64,000 nucleotides of DNA from positions 704,001 through 768,000 of the forward strand of contig CAVUQH010000004.1 in NCBI GenBank assembly GCA_963743525.1, in the 5' to 3' direction. How positions within the stretch are numbered: the stretch's first letter is position 1; each line of letters starts with the position of its first letter. Both the position numbers and the translations under genes were made by a program. Below are positions 1 through 9,434 of the stretch, piece after piece. The stretch is from an uncultured delta proteobacterium. GTDB lineage: Bacteria > Myxococcota_A > Polyangia > Haliangiales > Haliangiaceae. Below the pieces are notes generated by a model. It was not told the DNA's origin. It worked only from the letters and a program-made list of their open reading frames with translations, and ran no database searches.

Positions 1-381
1 CAGGGTGCTCGGCGCGCCGTCCCAGCTGCCGCCCCAGTTGAAGCAACCCAGGCTGTTGTTCACCTGCGTGTTCTGCTGCGGATAGACGACGTAGAACTTC
101 CACAGCTCGGCCATCGACTGCCAGCCGGCAGCGGCATAGCTCGACGCGGTCATCGAACAGCCGTGCATGGCCACGACCATCGGCCGCGGGCCGGGCGGCA
201 TGTCGTTGGGAACGTAGAGGTACATCCCCAGCTGCGCCGGGTTGCTGCCGAAGTTGGTGACCTGGGTCAGCGCGCCGGCTTCGGCCTGGCTGGCGCGGCC
301 GGGTTGGGCCGGCTCGTCGGTTCCGGCAACGCAGCCGACGAGCGCGGTGATGAGGATGGTGGTGGTGATCGAATGCTTCAC
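1..381 (-). CDS. Secreted PHB-depolymerase-family esterase (5' part; runs off window start)
   Basis: Manual translation from GTG 381 with GGAGG RBS: signal-like MKHSITTTILITALVGC, then FGSNPAQLGMYLYVP..PMVVAMHGCSMTA..YVVYPQQ..NNSLGCFNW, typical of PHB depolymerase/LpqC esterases. Absent from the ORF track because no stop falls in the window. Confidence 0.85.
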   Translation of the reverse strand, partial: MKHSITTTILITALVGCVAGTDEPAQPGRASQAEAGALTQVTNFGSNPAQLGMYLYVPNDMPPGPRPMVVAMHGCSMTASSYAAAGWQSMAELWKFYVVYPQQNTQVNNSLGCFNWGGSWDGAPSTL

Positions 382-407
382 GGCGTATCCCTCCTGACCG
401 CCCCTCA

Positions 408-423
408 AGCAGCACCCGTGCCA
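408..423 (-). promoter_or_regulatory. Sigma54 -24/-12 promoter of the esterase gene
   Basis: TGGCACGGGTGCTGCT on the minus strand; GG-N10-GC spacing; just upstream of the RBS. Confidence 0.75.
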
Positions 424-465
424 TCCCCGCCAGCGGCCGCTGCGGCCGCAACCAGGCTCATCGCC

Positions 466-517
466 CGTTGGCCGCGGCCAACACCGGCGCGGCGGCGCCC
501 GTTGGCTGGCGCCAACG
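466..517. promoter_or_regulatory. Pair of palindromic boxes YGTTGG-N6-CCAACR (putative enhancer-binding-protein sites)
   Basis: CGTTGGccgcggCCAACA 466-483 and CGTTGGctggcgCCAACG 500-517; the same pair recurs at 4392-4442. Confidence 0.7.
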
Positions 518-518
518 A

Positions 519-1524
519 TCAGAAGCGGACGCGCATGCCGACCACCGCGCCACCGGGGCGCAGAGTCACCTCGACCGGCGCGGTCCACTCGCGGATACCG
601 AGGACCAGCGCGGCGACAGCCGCGGCGCCACCGGCGGCGAAGCCGATGTTGGCCAGCAGCGCGCTGCGCCGGCCGCGGATACCGAGCTGTTCGATGCGCG
701 CGGCGACCGTGTCGTAGTTGGTGCCGTCGCTGTTGGCGTAGATGTCGTCGAGCTGCTGCTGGGCGTCGCGGGCGTCGAGGCCGAAGTAGAGCCCGGCGCC
801 GCCGAGCACCACGGCCACGCCGGTCCACAGCGGCCAGCGGGCGATGAACGACGGCCGCCGCGCCCGCGGTGTCACGACCTCCTCGATCGTCGACACGACC
901 AGCGGCTGCTCGCGGCTGCCGGCGGCGACCAGCGAGTTGCCGTCGGCGTCGATGGCGGTGATCACCAGGCTGACGCTGGTCGCGCGCGGCAGCGGCAGCT
1001 GCTGGCGACCGCGCCCGCGGGCTTGCACTCGCTGCCAGCGTCCGCCGGGGCGCAGGTAGTCGACGCGCACGCCGGCGACCATCTGCAGCGGATCCGGAAC
1101 CGCAGTGACGACAATGGCCGGCTGGGAACCGCGTGCGAGCTCGTGATCCAGCCGCAACGGCGGCGCCGCAGCGGCACGAGCGGCGTCGAACGGACCGGCG
1201 ATCTTGGGCGAGGTTCCCGGCGGCAGACCGGCCGACGGCTCGAGCACCAGCCAGCGCACGAACGCCTGGCGCGCGGCGTCGCTGTTGCCCAGGCCGGCCT
1301 GGATCTCGCCGGTCAGCTGGTAGCATCTCGGCCATCTCCGCCGGGCTGTTCTTGCCCCAGCGGTGGGCGGCCTCGAGCGCGGCCAGGGCGTCGGCGTAGC
1401 GCAGCGCGTTCTTGGCCCGGCGCGCTTCGACCAGGTGCGGGTCGAGCGGCTGCGCGCACAGCGCCGGCGCCCGCGACGCGATCGCGATGGCGATGCCGAT
1501 GCCGATAACGTGCCGCGCGCGCAT
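519..1524 (-). CDS. Exported TPR-like protein with C-terminal hydrophobic segments; apparent +1 frameshift near 1324
   Basis: ATG 1524 MRARHVIGIGIAIAIA..LRYADALAALEAA joins the 519..1259 frame (YQLTGEIQAGLG..VGMRVRF) if one base at ~1324 is removed (GATGC to GATC). Confidence 0.6.
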
Positions 1525-1537
1525 GACGGCGCGCAGT

Positions 1538-3228
1538 CTACCAGTCGAGGCGCTTCGGCGTCTCGTGCCCCGAGCTCACGCGGATGGAGAAGCTCCGGCT
1601 GCGGCCATCCTCGGTCACCGCGCGCACCTGGTGCTTTCCCGGCGACAGCTCGCGGCGAATGATCGGCGTCTCGCCGACCCGCGTGCCGTCGATGTAGATG
1701 ATCGCGAACGGGGTCGAGTCGATGCTGAAGTAGCCGGGCTCAGCGGTGGTGGCGGGCGCCCGCTCGACCTTTTCGCTGCGGCTGCGCCGGTGCGGCCGGC
1801 GGCGCACCGGGCGACCGGCATCGATCGAAGGCGCTTCGGCCGCCGCCGCGTTCGACGGCCGGCGCGGCCTCGGCTACCGCGGCATCCGGCGGCGTCGCTG
1901 CGGGTGCGACCGGCGCCATGAGTCGCACCCCGCCGTCGGGCATCGAGACACTGGCCGCGCCGTCCGGTCGGCGAAGCAACCAGAACAAGGTCAGCGCGCC
2001 GGCCAGGACCAACGCGACCGCGCCGATCGCGGCGGTCCGTGGTCGTCCCGACACCGGCGCAGTCGGCGTCGCGTCCGCCGGCACCACCGGCGCGCTGCCG
2101 CTGCCGCGCAGGAGCCGGGTCGGCGCCGTGGTCTCGGCCGGCTGTGCGGCCGCGGAGCCGGGACGGGGCACCGGCTCGGTCGACACATCGACCTCGCGAC
2201 CTGCGGCGCCGTCGTCGGCGAGCGCGGGTGCCGCCTCGACGCGGCTGGTCGCGCGCTCGAGCTGGCCGCGCTGCTCGGCCAGACTGTCGGCATACAGGCG
2301 CCGCAACCGATCGCCGATCGCCGGCGGCGGCAGCGGCCCGCCCAGCTCGGCCACCGACTCGCGCAACGCGGCGCCCATCTCCTGCGCAGTGGCGAACCGC
2401 TCCTCGGGGCGCCGCGCCAGCGCTCGCGCCAGCACCGCGGCCAGCGAAGGCGGCACCGCCGGCGCCACCGCGTGGGCGTCGGGGTACGCCTCCTCGAGGA
2501 TGGCACGGGCGATCAGGTACTCGCTGTTGCGCTGGAACATCCGCTGATGGGTCAACGTCTCGAACAGCACGGTGCCCAGCGAGAAGATGTCCGAGCGCCG
2601 GTTCGACCTCGTCGCCGCGAATCTGCTCGGGCGACATATAGGCGAACTTGCCGCGGATCGATCCCTTGGTGGTCATGCGGGGAACGCCGCGGACCTTGGC
2701 GATGCCGAAGTCGAGCACCTTGAGCACACCGTCGAAGGTGGCCAACAGGTTCGACGGCGACACGTCGCGGTGGACCAGGTCGAAGCGCTCGCCGCTGGGG
2801 TCGGTCAGCTGATGGGCGTGATGCAGCCCTTCACACGCCTGCTCACCCAGGCCGGCGATCATCCGCACGTGATCGGTGTTGACCGGCTGCTCGCGGTCGC
2901 GGGCGATGCGCGACATCGCCACGCCCTGCAGATAGGCCATGGCGATGAAATACTGATCGCCGACCTGGCCCAGCTCGTAGACGTCGCAGATGTTGGCGTG
3001 CGACAGCTGCCCGGCAATGCGCGCCTCGTGGAGGAACATCGCGCGGAACTCTTCGGACGCCACCAGCTCCGGCAGCAGCCGCTTGATCACCACCAGCTTG
3101 GCAAAGCCGCCCTCCCCGTCCAGCCGCGCGAGGAAGATCTCGCCCATCCCGCCGGCGGCGAGCTTGGTGAGCAACCGGTAGCGCCCGAAGAGCTCCTCAC
3201 CGGTGGCCGGGGCGGGGGTGACCGTCAT
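1538..3228 (-). CDS. Membrane Ser/Thr protein kinase with C-terminal PEGA-like domain; two apparent frameshifts (2601-2607, 1850-1856)
   Basis: GGMGEIF, VVIKR, HRDVSPSN, DFGIAK, GKFAYMSPEQ in ORF 1615..3417; continues SDIFSLG/VLFETLT plus a TM helix in 1740..2570; PEGA-like IDSTPFAIIYIDG in 1538..1807. Likely start ATG 3228. Confidence 0.85.
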
Positions 3229-3415
3229 TGGCTCGATTGTTGTATCAGCTGCGCAGGCGGGTTGCTCGATCGACGTGCCTCCGGGCCGATCGTCGGCGTC
3301 GTCCAACAGGTCTGTGCCAACGACCCCACGGTCGGCGCGGGTGAACTGCGCGGAATCGCGTCGGGGGGCTCCTGGCACGCGACTTGATGCGAGGAGCGTG
3401 CCTGGAGGTTCCGAC

Positions 3416-3673
3416 ATGAAGCCGACTCCCCGTCTCCTCGATCGGCATCTCGCCGACTACTGCGCCCAGCGCGGGCGCTCCTCGATCGCCTTCGAGCGCG
3501 CCGTGCTCGAGCGGGCCTTCGCCACTCACGACGCACATCGCGTGCTCGGCCGCAGCACGCCGCCGCTGCGCATGCGCGTGCTCGGCCTGGTGTCCGAGCG
3601 CGCCCGCGCGGACCTGGTCTACTGGCATCGCCTGCGCGACTACGTGTCGTGGCGGGTCTGGTCGCAGCTGTAG
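3416..3673 (+). CDS. Small hypothetical protein (85 aa)
   Basis: ATG 3416 with GGAGG RBS (MKPTPRLLDRHLADYC..WRVWSQL); fills the gap between the kinase and the lipoprotein; GC3-rich codons. Confidence 0.6.
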   Translation: MKPTPRLLDRHLADYCAQRGRSSIAFERAVLERAFATHDAHRVLGRSTPPLRMRVLGLVSERARADLVYWHRLRDYVSWRVWSQL

Positions 3674-3676
3674 CGA

Positions 3677-4342
3677 CTACGGTCCGGTCAGCTCGACGTG
3701 CAGGGCGAAGCAGCCGCCCTGGGTCGTATACGAATCGACCGCGAGATAGACGGTGGCGTCGGCGTCGAAGGTATGGGTGACCTCCTCGCCGCTGGCGCCG
3801 GACTGATTCTGTCCCGCGAAGCACGCCGACCCGGTAGTGCAACCACCGCTGACGTACAACACGGAGTCCCAGGTGCCGTCGAGGTGCACGTACAGGCGCT
3901 CGCCGTTCTTGGCGCTCAGCTTGTACAGCGCGTCGGGGCCGGCACTGGCCAGCAGCCCGCACGAGGTCGAGATCGATCCGAGATCGTTCTGATAGGCGGT
4001 GGTGTCGCCGTAGACCGTAGTGCCGCCGCTGGCGTGCGCGGCCTGGGTGAGGTCCGGCGAGCTGCCGCCGCAGAAATCGGCGTTGGGGCTGCTCGTCGCC
4101 GCCTGGCACCAGTCGACCATGGCGTCGGGCGGCCCGCCGGCCGCGTCAACGGTGGCGTCCCCCGGTAGCGCCGCGTCGATGACTGCAGCATCGGCACCGG
4201 TCCCGGGACGCACGCATTGGCCACCCACGCAGTCGAAGCCGTCCGGGCAGACCTGGTCGCAATCGAACGACGTGCCCGACGGATCGTCGGTGAACCGACA
4301 CGCCGCCAGGGTCACGATCGCGATGGCCAACGCCCGCGTCAC
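3677..4342 (-). CDS. Cys-rich lipoprotein with DAA-rich linker and PPC-like beta-sandwich domain
   Basis: Lipobox LAAC; CDQVCPDGFDCVGGQC; GPDALY..DSVLYVSGGC..TVYLAVDSY. Confidence 0.7.
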   Translation of the reverse strand: MTRALAIAIVTLAACRFTDDPSGTSFDCDQVCPDGFDCVGGQCVRPGTGADAAVIDAALPGDATVDAAGGPPDAMVDWCQAATSSPNADFCGGSSPDLTQAAHASGGTTVYGDTTAYQNDLGSISTSCGLLASAGPDALYKLSAKNGERLYVHLDGTWDSVLYVSGGCTTGSACFAGQNQSGASGEEVTHTFDADATVYLAVDSYTTQGGCFALHVELTGP

Positions 4343-4391
4343 CGACTGACGATAGCCGAAGCCGAAGCCGCCGCGAAGCCGTGATTCCTCC

Positions 4392-4442
4392 TGTTGGTCG
4401 CTGCCAACACGCCGAATCCACCGATGTTGGCCGCAGCCAACA
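4392..4442. promoter_or_regulatory. Pair of palindromic boxes TGTTGG-N6-CCAACA (putative enhancer-binding-protein sites)
   Basis: TGTTGGtcgctgCCAACA 4392-4409 and TGTTGGccgcagCCAACA 4425-4442. Confidence 0.7.
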
Positions 4443-4484
4443 GCAAAATGGCCAGGGCGACGTCACTTCATCGCGATCGGCCGC

Positions 4485-4500
4485 TGGCGCGATCGCTGCA
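4485..4500 (+). promoter_or_regulatory. Sigma54 -24/-12 promoter of the lipase gene
   Basis: TGGCGCGATCGCTGCA; GG-N10-GC; followed by GGAGGG RBS and ATG 4524. Confidence 0.7.
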
Positions 4501-4523
4501 GCAGTCCGCCGGCGGAGGGACGT

Positions 4524-5658
4524 ATGCGCAGCACGCTCGAGCTCACGATCGTCGTCGCACTGGTCGGCGCCACTGGATGCGCGACCAGCCGGGCCGGAAA
4601 CGACACAGCCGACGGAGGCGGCACGCCCGGCGGTGTTCGACGCCCGGCGACCGGCCGACGCGCGCCCCGGCTCCGCCGCCGATGCCGCGGCCAACGCCAC
4701 CGCCGACGCCGCGCCCGGCGCCGATGCCACCTGGCTGGCGGGGAAGCACGGCTTCCCCGGCGACTTCCCCGAGCTCACCGACAGCGGCGGACTGGGCCAG
4801 GGCGAGCTCATCGAAGGCTTCGGCGGCGACACCACCACCGACCGCGCCGGCAACCGGGCCCAGATCACCCACCGGCCGGTCATCCTCCTCCACGGCAACG
4901 GCAGCACCGCCACCGATGACAACTTCGGCATGACCCACGTCGCCGACAAGCTGAAGGGCGCCGGCTACGTCGACGCCGAGATCTGGGCGCCGTCGTACCT
5001 GGGGCAGAACGTCTCCTACGCGGAGACGCCGACGCCGCACCGGACCAACATCGACGATATTCGTCAGTTCGTCAACGCCGTCCTCGACTACACCGGCGCC
5101 GCGCGCGTCGACGTCATCGCTCACTCGCTGGGCTGTGGGCTCATCAACGGCTATCTGCGCGGCCTGGCCAGCGACGGGTCGTTCGACCCGAGCAACGATC
5201 GTTTCGCCCGCGTCGGCACCGTCGTCTGTCTGGGCGGCGCGATCTACGGCACCGGCGCCGGCTTCTTCTTCGAGCCGGAGTTCGCCACCGACGGGCAGTG
5301 GGTCGCCGGCAGCCTGCAGTGGAACGGCCACGAGGACGCCACCCCGTACGGCGCCGACGACACCGCGGCGATGATCGCGCCGGCCAGCGGGCAGATTCCC
5401 GGCAACCGGCCGTTCCGCGCCACCACCCCGGACGACGACGGCAGCCGCCGCATCTACTGGGTCGCGCTGTGGGCCACCGGCGACATCGTCGATGGCAGCC
5501 TGCCCGGCGCCTGCGCCCTCGGCGGCGCCGACCTCAACCAGGGCTTCGACCTGCCCAAGACGATGCCCGGCGTCATCACCGCCCAGCTGGCCATGCACGG
5601 TCAGCTCTTGCACAGCGCCGACGTCTTCGCCGCGCTGCTGCCGTACCTCGATCGCTAA
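4524..5658 (+). CDS. Lipoprotein alpha/beta hydrolase (lipase class 2-like); apparent frameshift at 4635-4641
   Basis: Signal/lipobox MRSTLELTIVVALVGATGC (ORF 4524..4919) joins the frame containing PVILLHGNG and the nucleophile elbow VDVIAHSLG if GTTCGAC is read as GTCGAC. Confidence 0.8.
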
Positions 5659-6605
5659 CTGAGCTTCAGCGTACCGATCAGCTCGGCCGCGTGCTCGACG
5701 CCGAGGTCGACGCAAAGCTGGGCCAGCTCGCTGACCAGCGCGGCGGCGCGATTGGGATCGGCGAAGTTGAGCGTGCCGACCTGTACCGCGGTAGCACCGG
5801 CGATGAGGAACTCGGCGACGTCCTCGGCGGTGCGGATGCCGCCCATGCCGCAGATCGGCACGCCGAGACCGGCGCGGGCGACCTGGTAGACCATACGCAG
5901 GGCGATCGGCTTGATCGCCGGGCCCGACAGGCCGCCGAAGACGGTGGCGATGCGCGGCCGGCGGGTGCGCACGTCGATGCCCATCGCGGTGATGGTGTTG
6001 ATGATGGACAGGCCGTCGGCGCCGTTCTCGACGCACGCCCTGGCCAGCGCGACGATGTCGGTGATGTTGGGGGTCAGCTTGACCCACAGCGGCAGGTCGG
6101 TGACCTCGCGGCAGGCTTTGACCAGCCGTCCCGCCACCGCCGGGTCGGTGCCGAACTCGACGCCGCCCTTCTTGATGTTGGGGCAGCTGATGTTCATCTC
6201 CAGGACGTCGACACCGCCGACCTCCTTGCCCACCGCGGTCAGTCGCTCGGCGCAGTCGACGTACTCGTCGAAGGTCTCGCCGAAGAAATTGACCACGACC
6301 ACGCCGCCGGCCCGCGACAGCCCGGCCAGGTACGGCGCCTTCTGCTCGCGAAAGCCGTCGACGCCGACGTTCTCCAGGCCGATCGAGTTGATCATCCCGG
6401 CGGCCGTCTCGCACATGCGCGGCACCGGGTTGCCCAGCCGCTGCTTGGGCGAGATACCCTTGGTGGCGACACCGGCCAGCGCCGACAGATCGGTCAGCGC
6501 CTCGAACTCGCGCGCGTAGCCGAACGTGCCCGACGCGGTGAGGATCGGGTTCTTCAGCTCGAGCGAGCCGAAGCGGACCTTCATGTCGATACGGCTGGGG
6601 CTCAC
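5655..6605 (-). CDS. pyrD: Dihydroorotate dehydrogenase B, catalytic subunit
   Basis: KNPILTASGTFG, NSIGLEN, EMNISCPNIKKGG, VKLTPN, GGLSGPAIKP. GTG 6605 overlaps the pyrK stop (alternative ATG 6584). Confidence 0.95.
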   Translation of the reverse strand: MSPSRIDMKVRFGSLELKNPILTASGTFGYAREFEALTDLSALAGVATKGISPKQRLGNPVPRMCETAAGMINSIGLENVGVDGFREQKAPYLAGLSRAGGVVVVNFFGETFDEYVDCAERLTAVGKEVGGVDVLEMNISCPNIKKGGVEFGTDPAVAGRLVKACREVTDLPLWVKLTPNITDIVALARACVENGADGLSIINTITAMGIDVRTRRPRIATVFGGLSGPAIKPIALRMVYQVARAGLGVPICGMGGIRTAEDVAEFLIAGATAVQVGTLNFADPNRAAALVSELAQLCVDLGVEHAAELIGTLKLS

Positions 6606-7426
6606 GCCGCGCCTCCCTTGGCCGCGTAGCGACCGGCGAGCTCGTCGAGCGAGAAGACCGGCCCGTCCACGCAGGTGTAGCGGAACGCGCGGGTCTTGCA
6701 CGGCACCGCGCAGACCAGACAGGCACCGACGCCGCACGCCATCTCGCCCTCGAGGCTGAGGTAGGCGGGCAGCCCGCGCCGATGCGCCAGCTGGGCGACC
6801 GCCTCGAGCATCGGCTCTGGCCCGCACGCCATCAGCGTCGGCGGCGGCGCGTCACCGCGAGCGTCGACAGCGGCCTCGAGCGGCACGGTCACATAGCCCT
6901 TGCTGCCGGCCGAGCCGTCCTCGGTGGCCAGCACCAGCTCGGCCCCGGCGGCGCGGACGTCGTCCTGCAGCACCAGGTCGCTGGCCGAGCGGCCGCCGTA
7001 GAACATGGTCATCTGCTTGGCCAGCCCCATCGACTGCGCGCGCACCGCGTGCATCATCAATGGCGCCAGGCCGACGCCGCCGGCGACCAGCCAGTCGGTG
7101 CGCGACACCTCGGGCGCGGGGAAGGTGCCGCCCAGCGGACCGAGCACGTGGAAGCGCGCGCCCGGCCGCGCCTGCTCCATGATGGCGCTGGCCTTGCCCT
7201 GGGTCTTGGCCAGGATGTCGATCACGCCGCCGGGATGGACCGCCAGGATCGAGAACGCCCGCGGCAACAGCGGGTCGTCGCCCCAGTCGGCCCCGGCGAT
7301 CATGACGAACTGCCCGGGCAGGGTCTCGGCCAGCGCCTCGCACCCCTCCAGCCGCAGCACGAAGGTCTTGGGCGCGAGGACGATGTTGTCCGCGAGCGTG
7401 GCCTGAATGCGCGATGGCGCCGACAT
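6602..7426 (-). CDS. pyrK: Dihydroorotate dehydrogenase electron transfer subunit
   Basis: PGQFVMI, LLPRAFS, VAGGVGLAP, CGPEPM, [2Fe-2S] motif MACGVGACLVC..CVDGPVF. Confidence 0.93.
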   Translation of the reverse strand: MSAPSRIQATLADNIVLAPKTFVLRLEGCEALAETLPGQFVMIAGADWGDDPLLPRAFSILAVHPGGVIDILAKTQGKASAIMEQARPGARFHVLGPLGGTFPAPEVSRTDWLVAGGVGLAPLMMHAVRAQSMGLAKQMTMFYGGRSASDLVLQDDVRAAGAELVLATEDGSAGSKGYVTVPLEAAVDARGDAPPPTLMACGPEPMLEAVAQLAHRRGLPAYLSLEGEMACGVGACLVCAVPCKTRAFRYTCVDGPVFSLDELAGRYAAKGGAA

Positions 7427-7477
7427 CGCAGGCACCTATAGCACAGCCGGCTGACCCCTGACCCTGGAGATCCGGGC

Positions 7478-9301
7478 TCAGTCCTTGATCGAGTGCATCC
7501 GGCTGCGGAAGTGCGCGATCCGCCGATCGAGGACCCGCAGCTTGTCGTCGCTCTGGGCGTAGGTGGCGTAGTGGGCCAGGTCCGCCCACTCCTTCTCCAG
7601 CCGGGCGCCGTAGCTCTTGCGGAAGCTCTTGTACTCGTCGGCCAGGTCGCGGAAGCGGCGCTGGACGTCGGCCCGCGACAGCTCCGGCGACTTCTTGACC
7701 GGCGCCTTCGCGGTCGCGCGCTTGTGCCTGCGGGTGTGCTTCTTGGCCTCGGGGCGAGCCGGGACCGGCGCAGGCTCGGCGGCGCGCGCCGGGGGCTGCG
7801 GCTCCATCGGCATCACCACCGGCGGCATCGCGACCGGCGTGTCGTCGGCCGACGCCAGTACCCGGGTGGGATCGATCTTCTGATCAGGGGTATCGCTGCC
7901 GGCGGCCTCTCCGCTGTCGGCCGGAGCGGCGGCGGCGGCCTTTCCGCCCGCGCCCGGCGACGACGCGAGCACCCAGGCCAACACGCTGCCCGACACCAGC
8001 AGCATCGCGGCGACCGCGCCAATGATCGTCCACCGCCGCCCGCGCCCGCTGGTGGTGCGCCCGACGATCTCGGTGCGCGAGGTATCGAACGGCTTGCGTC
8101 CGGCGACCGAGTGTTTGCCGCTGGGCCGCCGCACCCCGGTCGTGGGAATCGGCGGCGGGGTCTTGGGCGACGGCGGCGGCGGCGGCGATGGCGGCGGCTT
8201 CGAATCCGAGCGCGCGATCAGCGGCATGTTGGCCATCGCGTACGAGATGGTCGTCGCCGACTTGGTCGTCAGCTCGATGACCCACGGCTCGAGGTCGGTC
8301 GCTTCGGCCTGGGCCAGCGTCCGCCGCACCTCGTCCAGCTCACCGGCGAACAGGTCGCGCATGAAATGGCCGAGGTACTCGGGTGACGCCGTCGGGTTGA
8401 CCGCCACCAGCGCGTGTTGAATGGCATCGCGGAACTCGGCTGCGGTCTGGTAGCGATCGTCCGGATCCGGGCGCAGCGCCACCGACATCAGCTCGTCGTA
8501 CGGCGCCAGCGCCGGGTCGACATGGGACGGCAGCGGGTGCTGTCCCTTGGCCACCTGCCGGGCCAGCGCACGGTAGTCGGGCGTGTCGCTGACGTCGTAC
8601 ATGCGAGCCCCTGTGAGCAGCTCGTAGAGGATGACGCCGTTGGCGTAGATGTCGGTGCGGAAGTCAACCTCGCCGCCGCGGATCAGCTGCTCGGGAGCCA
8701 TGTAGCCGAACTTGCCGAAGCCCATGCGCGGGTCGGTGGCGGTCGCGCGCATCACGCTCTTGGCGATGCCGAAGTCGATGATCTTGGTCTCGCCTTCGAA
8801 CGACACCATGATGTTGGGCGGCGAGATGTCGCAGTGCACCAGCTCGAGCGAATTGCCCGCCTCGTCGGTGCGCCGGTGCGCGTAGGACAGGCCACTGGCG
8901 ACGTCGCGAGCGATGAGCAGCGCCAGGTCGACCGGCAGCCGCTGGCCGCGGTCGGAGAGCAACCCCAGGGTGCGGCGCACGTCACGACCCTCGACGTATT
9001 CCAGCGCCAGGAAATACTCGTCGCCGACCCGCCCGACCTCGAAGACCTGGGCGATGTGCGCGTGCTGCAGCTTGATCGCGACCTGGGCCTCGTCGACGAA
9101 GCGCGAGATGAACTGCTCGTCCTCGGCCAGGTGGGGCAGGACCTTCTTGATGACCACCAGCTTTTCGAAGCCGGACAGGCCGTGGCGAGCGAGGAAGATC
9201 TCGCCCATGCCGCCACGGCTGAGCCGCTTCACCAGCAGGTAGCGGCCAAAGACTTGCGGCAACGCGGTCGCGGTCTTTGGTCTGTCCAAGAGCGTGCTCA
9301 T
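7478..9301 (-). CDS. Membrane Ser/Thr protein kinase
   Basis: GGMGEIF, VIKK, HCDISPPN, DFGIAK, GYMAPEQ; Pro-rich linker, TM helix and an extracellular tail. Confidence 0.92.
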   Translation of the reverse strand: MSTLLDRPKTATALPQVFGRYLLVKRLSRGGMGEIFLARHGLSGFEKLVVIKKVLPHLAEDEQFISRFVDEAQVAIKLQHAHIAQVFEVGRVGDEYFLALEYVEGRDVRRTLGLLSDRGQRLPVDLALLIARDVASGLSYAHRRTDEAGNSLELVHCDISPPNIMVSFEGETKIIDFGIAKSVMRATATDPRMGFGKFGYMAPEQLIRGGEVDFRTDIYANGVILYELLTGARMYDVSDTPDYRALARQVAKGQHPLPSHVDPALAPYDELMSVALRPDPDDRYQTAAEFRDAIQHALVAVNPTASPEYLGHFMRDLFAGELDEVRRTLAQAEATDLEPWVIELTTKSATTISYAMANMPLIARSDSKPPPSPPPPPSPKTPPPIPTTGVRRPSGKHSVAGRKPFDTSRTEIVGRTTSGRGRRWTIIGAVAAMLLVSGSVLAWVLASSPGAGGKAAAAAPADSGEAAGSDTPDQKIDPTRVLASADDTPVAMPPVVMPMEPQPPARAAEPAPVPARPEAKKHTRRHKRATAKAPVKKSPELSRADVQRRFRDLADEYKSFRKSYGARLEKEWADLAHYATYAQSDDKLRVLDRRIAHFRSRMHSIKD

Positions 9302-9434
9302 CCGACGAAAACGACCCCAGCCGAATGTCCCCTGATTGCTGGAACAAACGCGAGGGTCGGCGCTAACGTCTCCTTACCCGCAAGCTTGCCGGTTGTGGGC
9401 CCGGCAACCCAATGATAGCTTGGTACTGGCCGTG

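Noticed and set aside
4352..4380. Short GCCGAA repeats upstream of the 3677..4342 lipoprotein
   Set aside because: Only 2-3 imperfect copies in GC-rich DNA; not distinguishable from chance.
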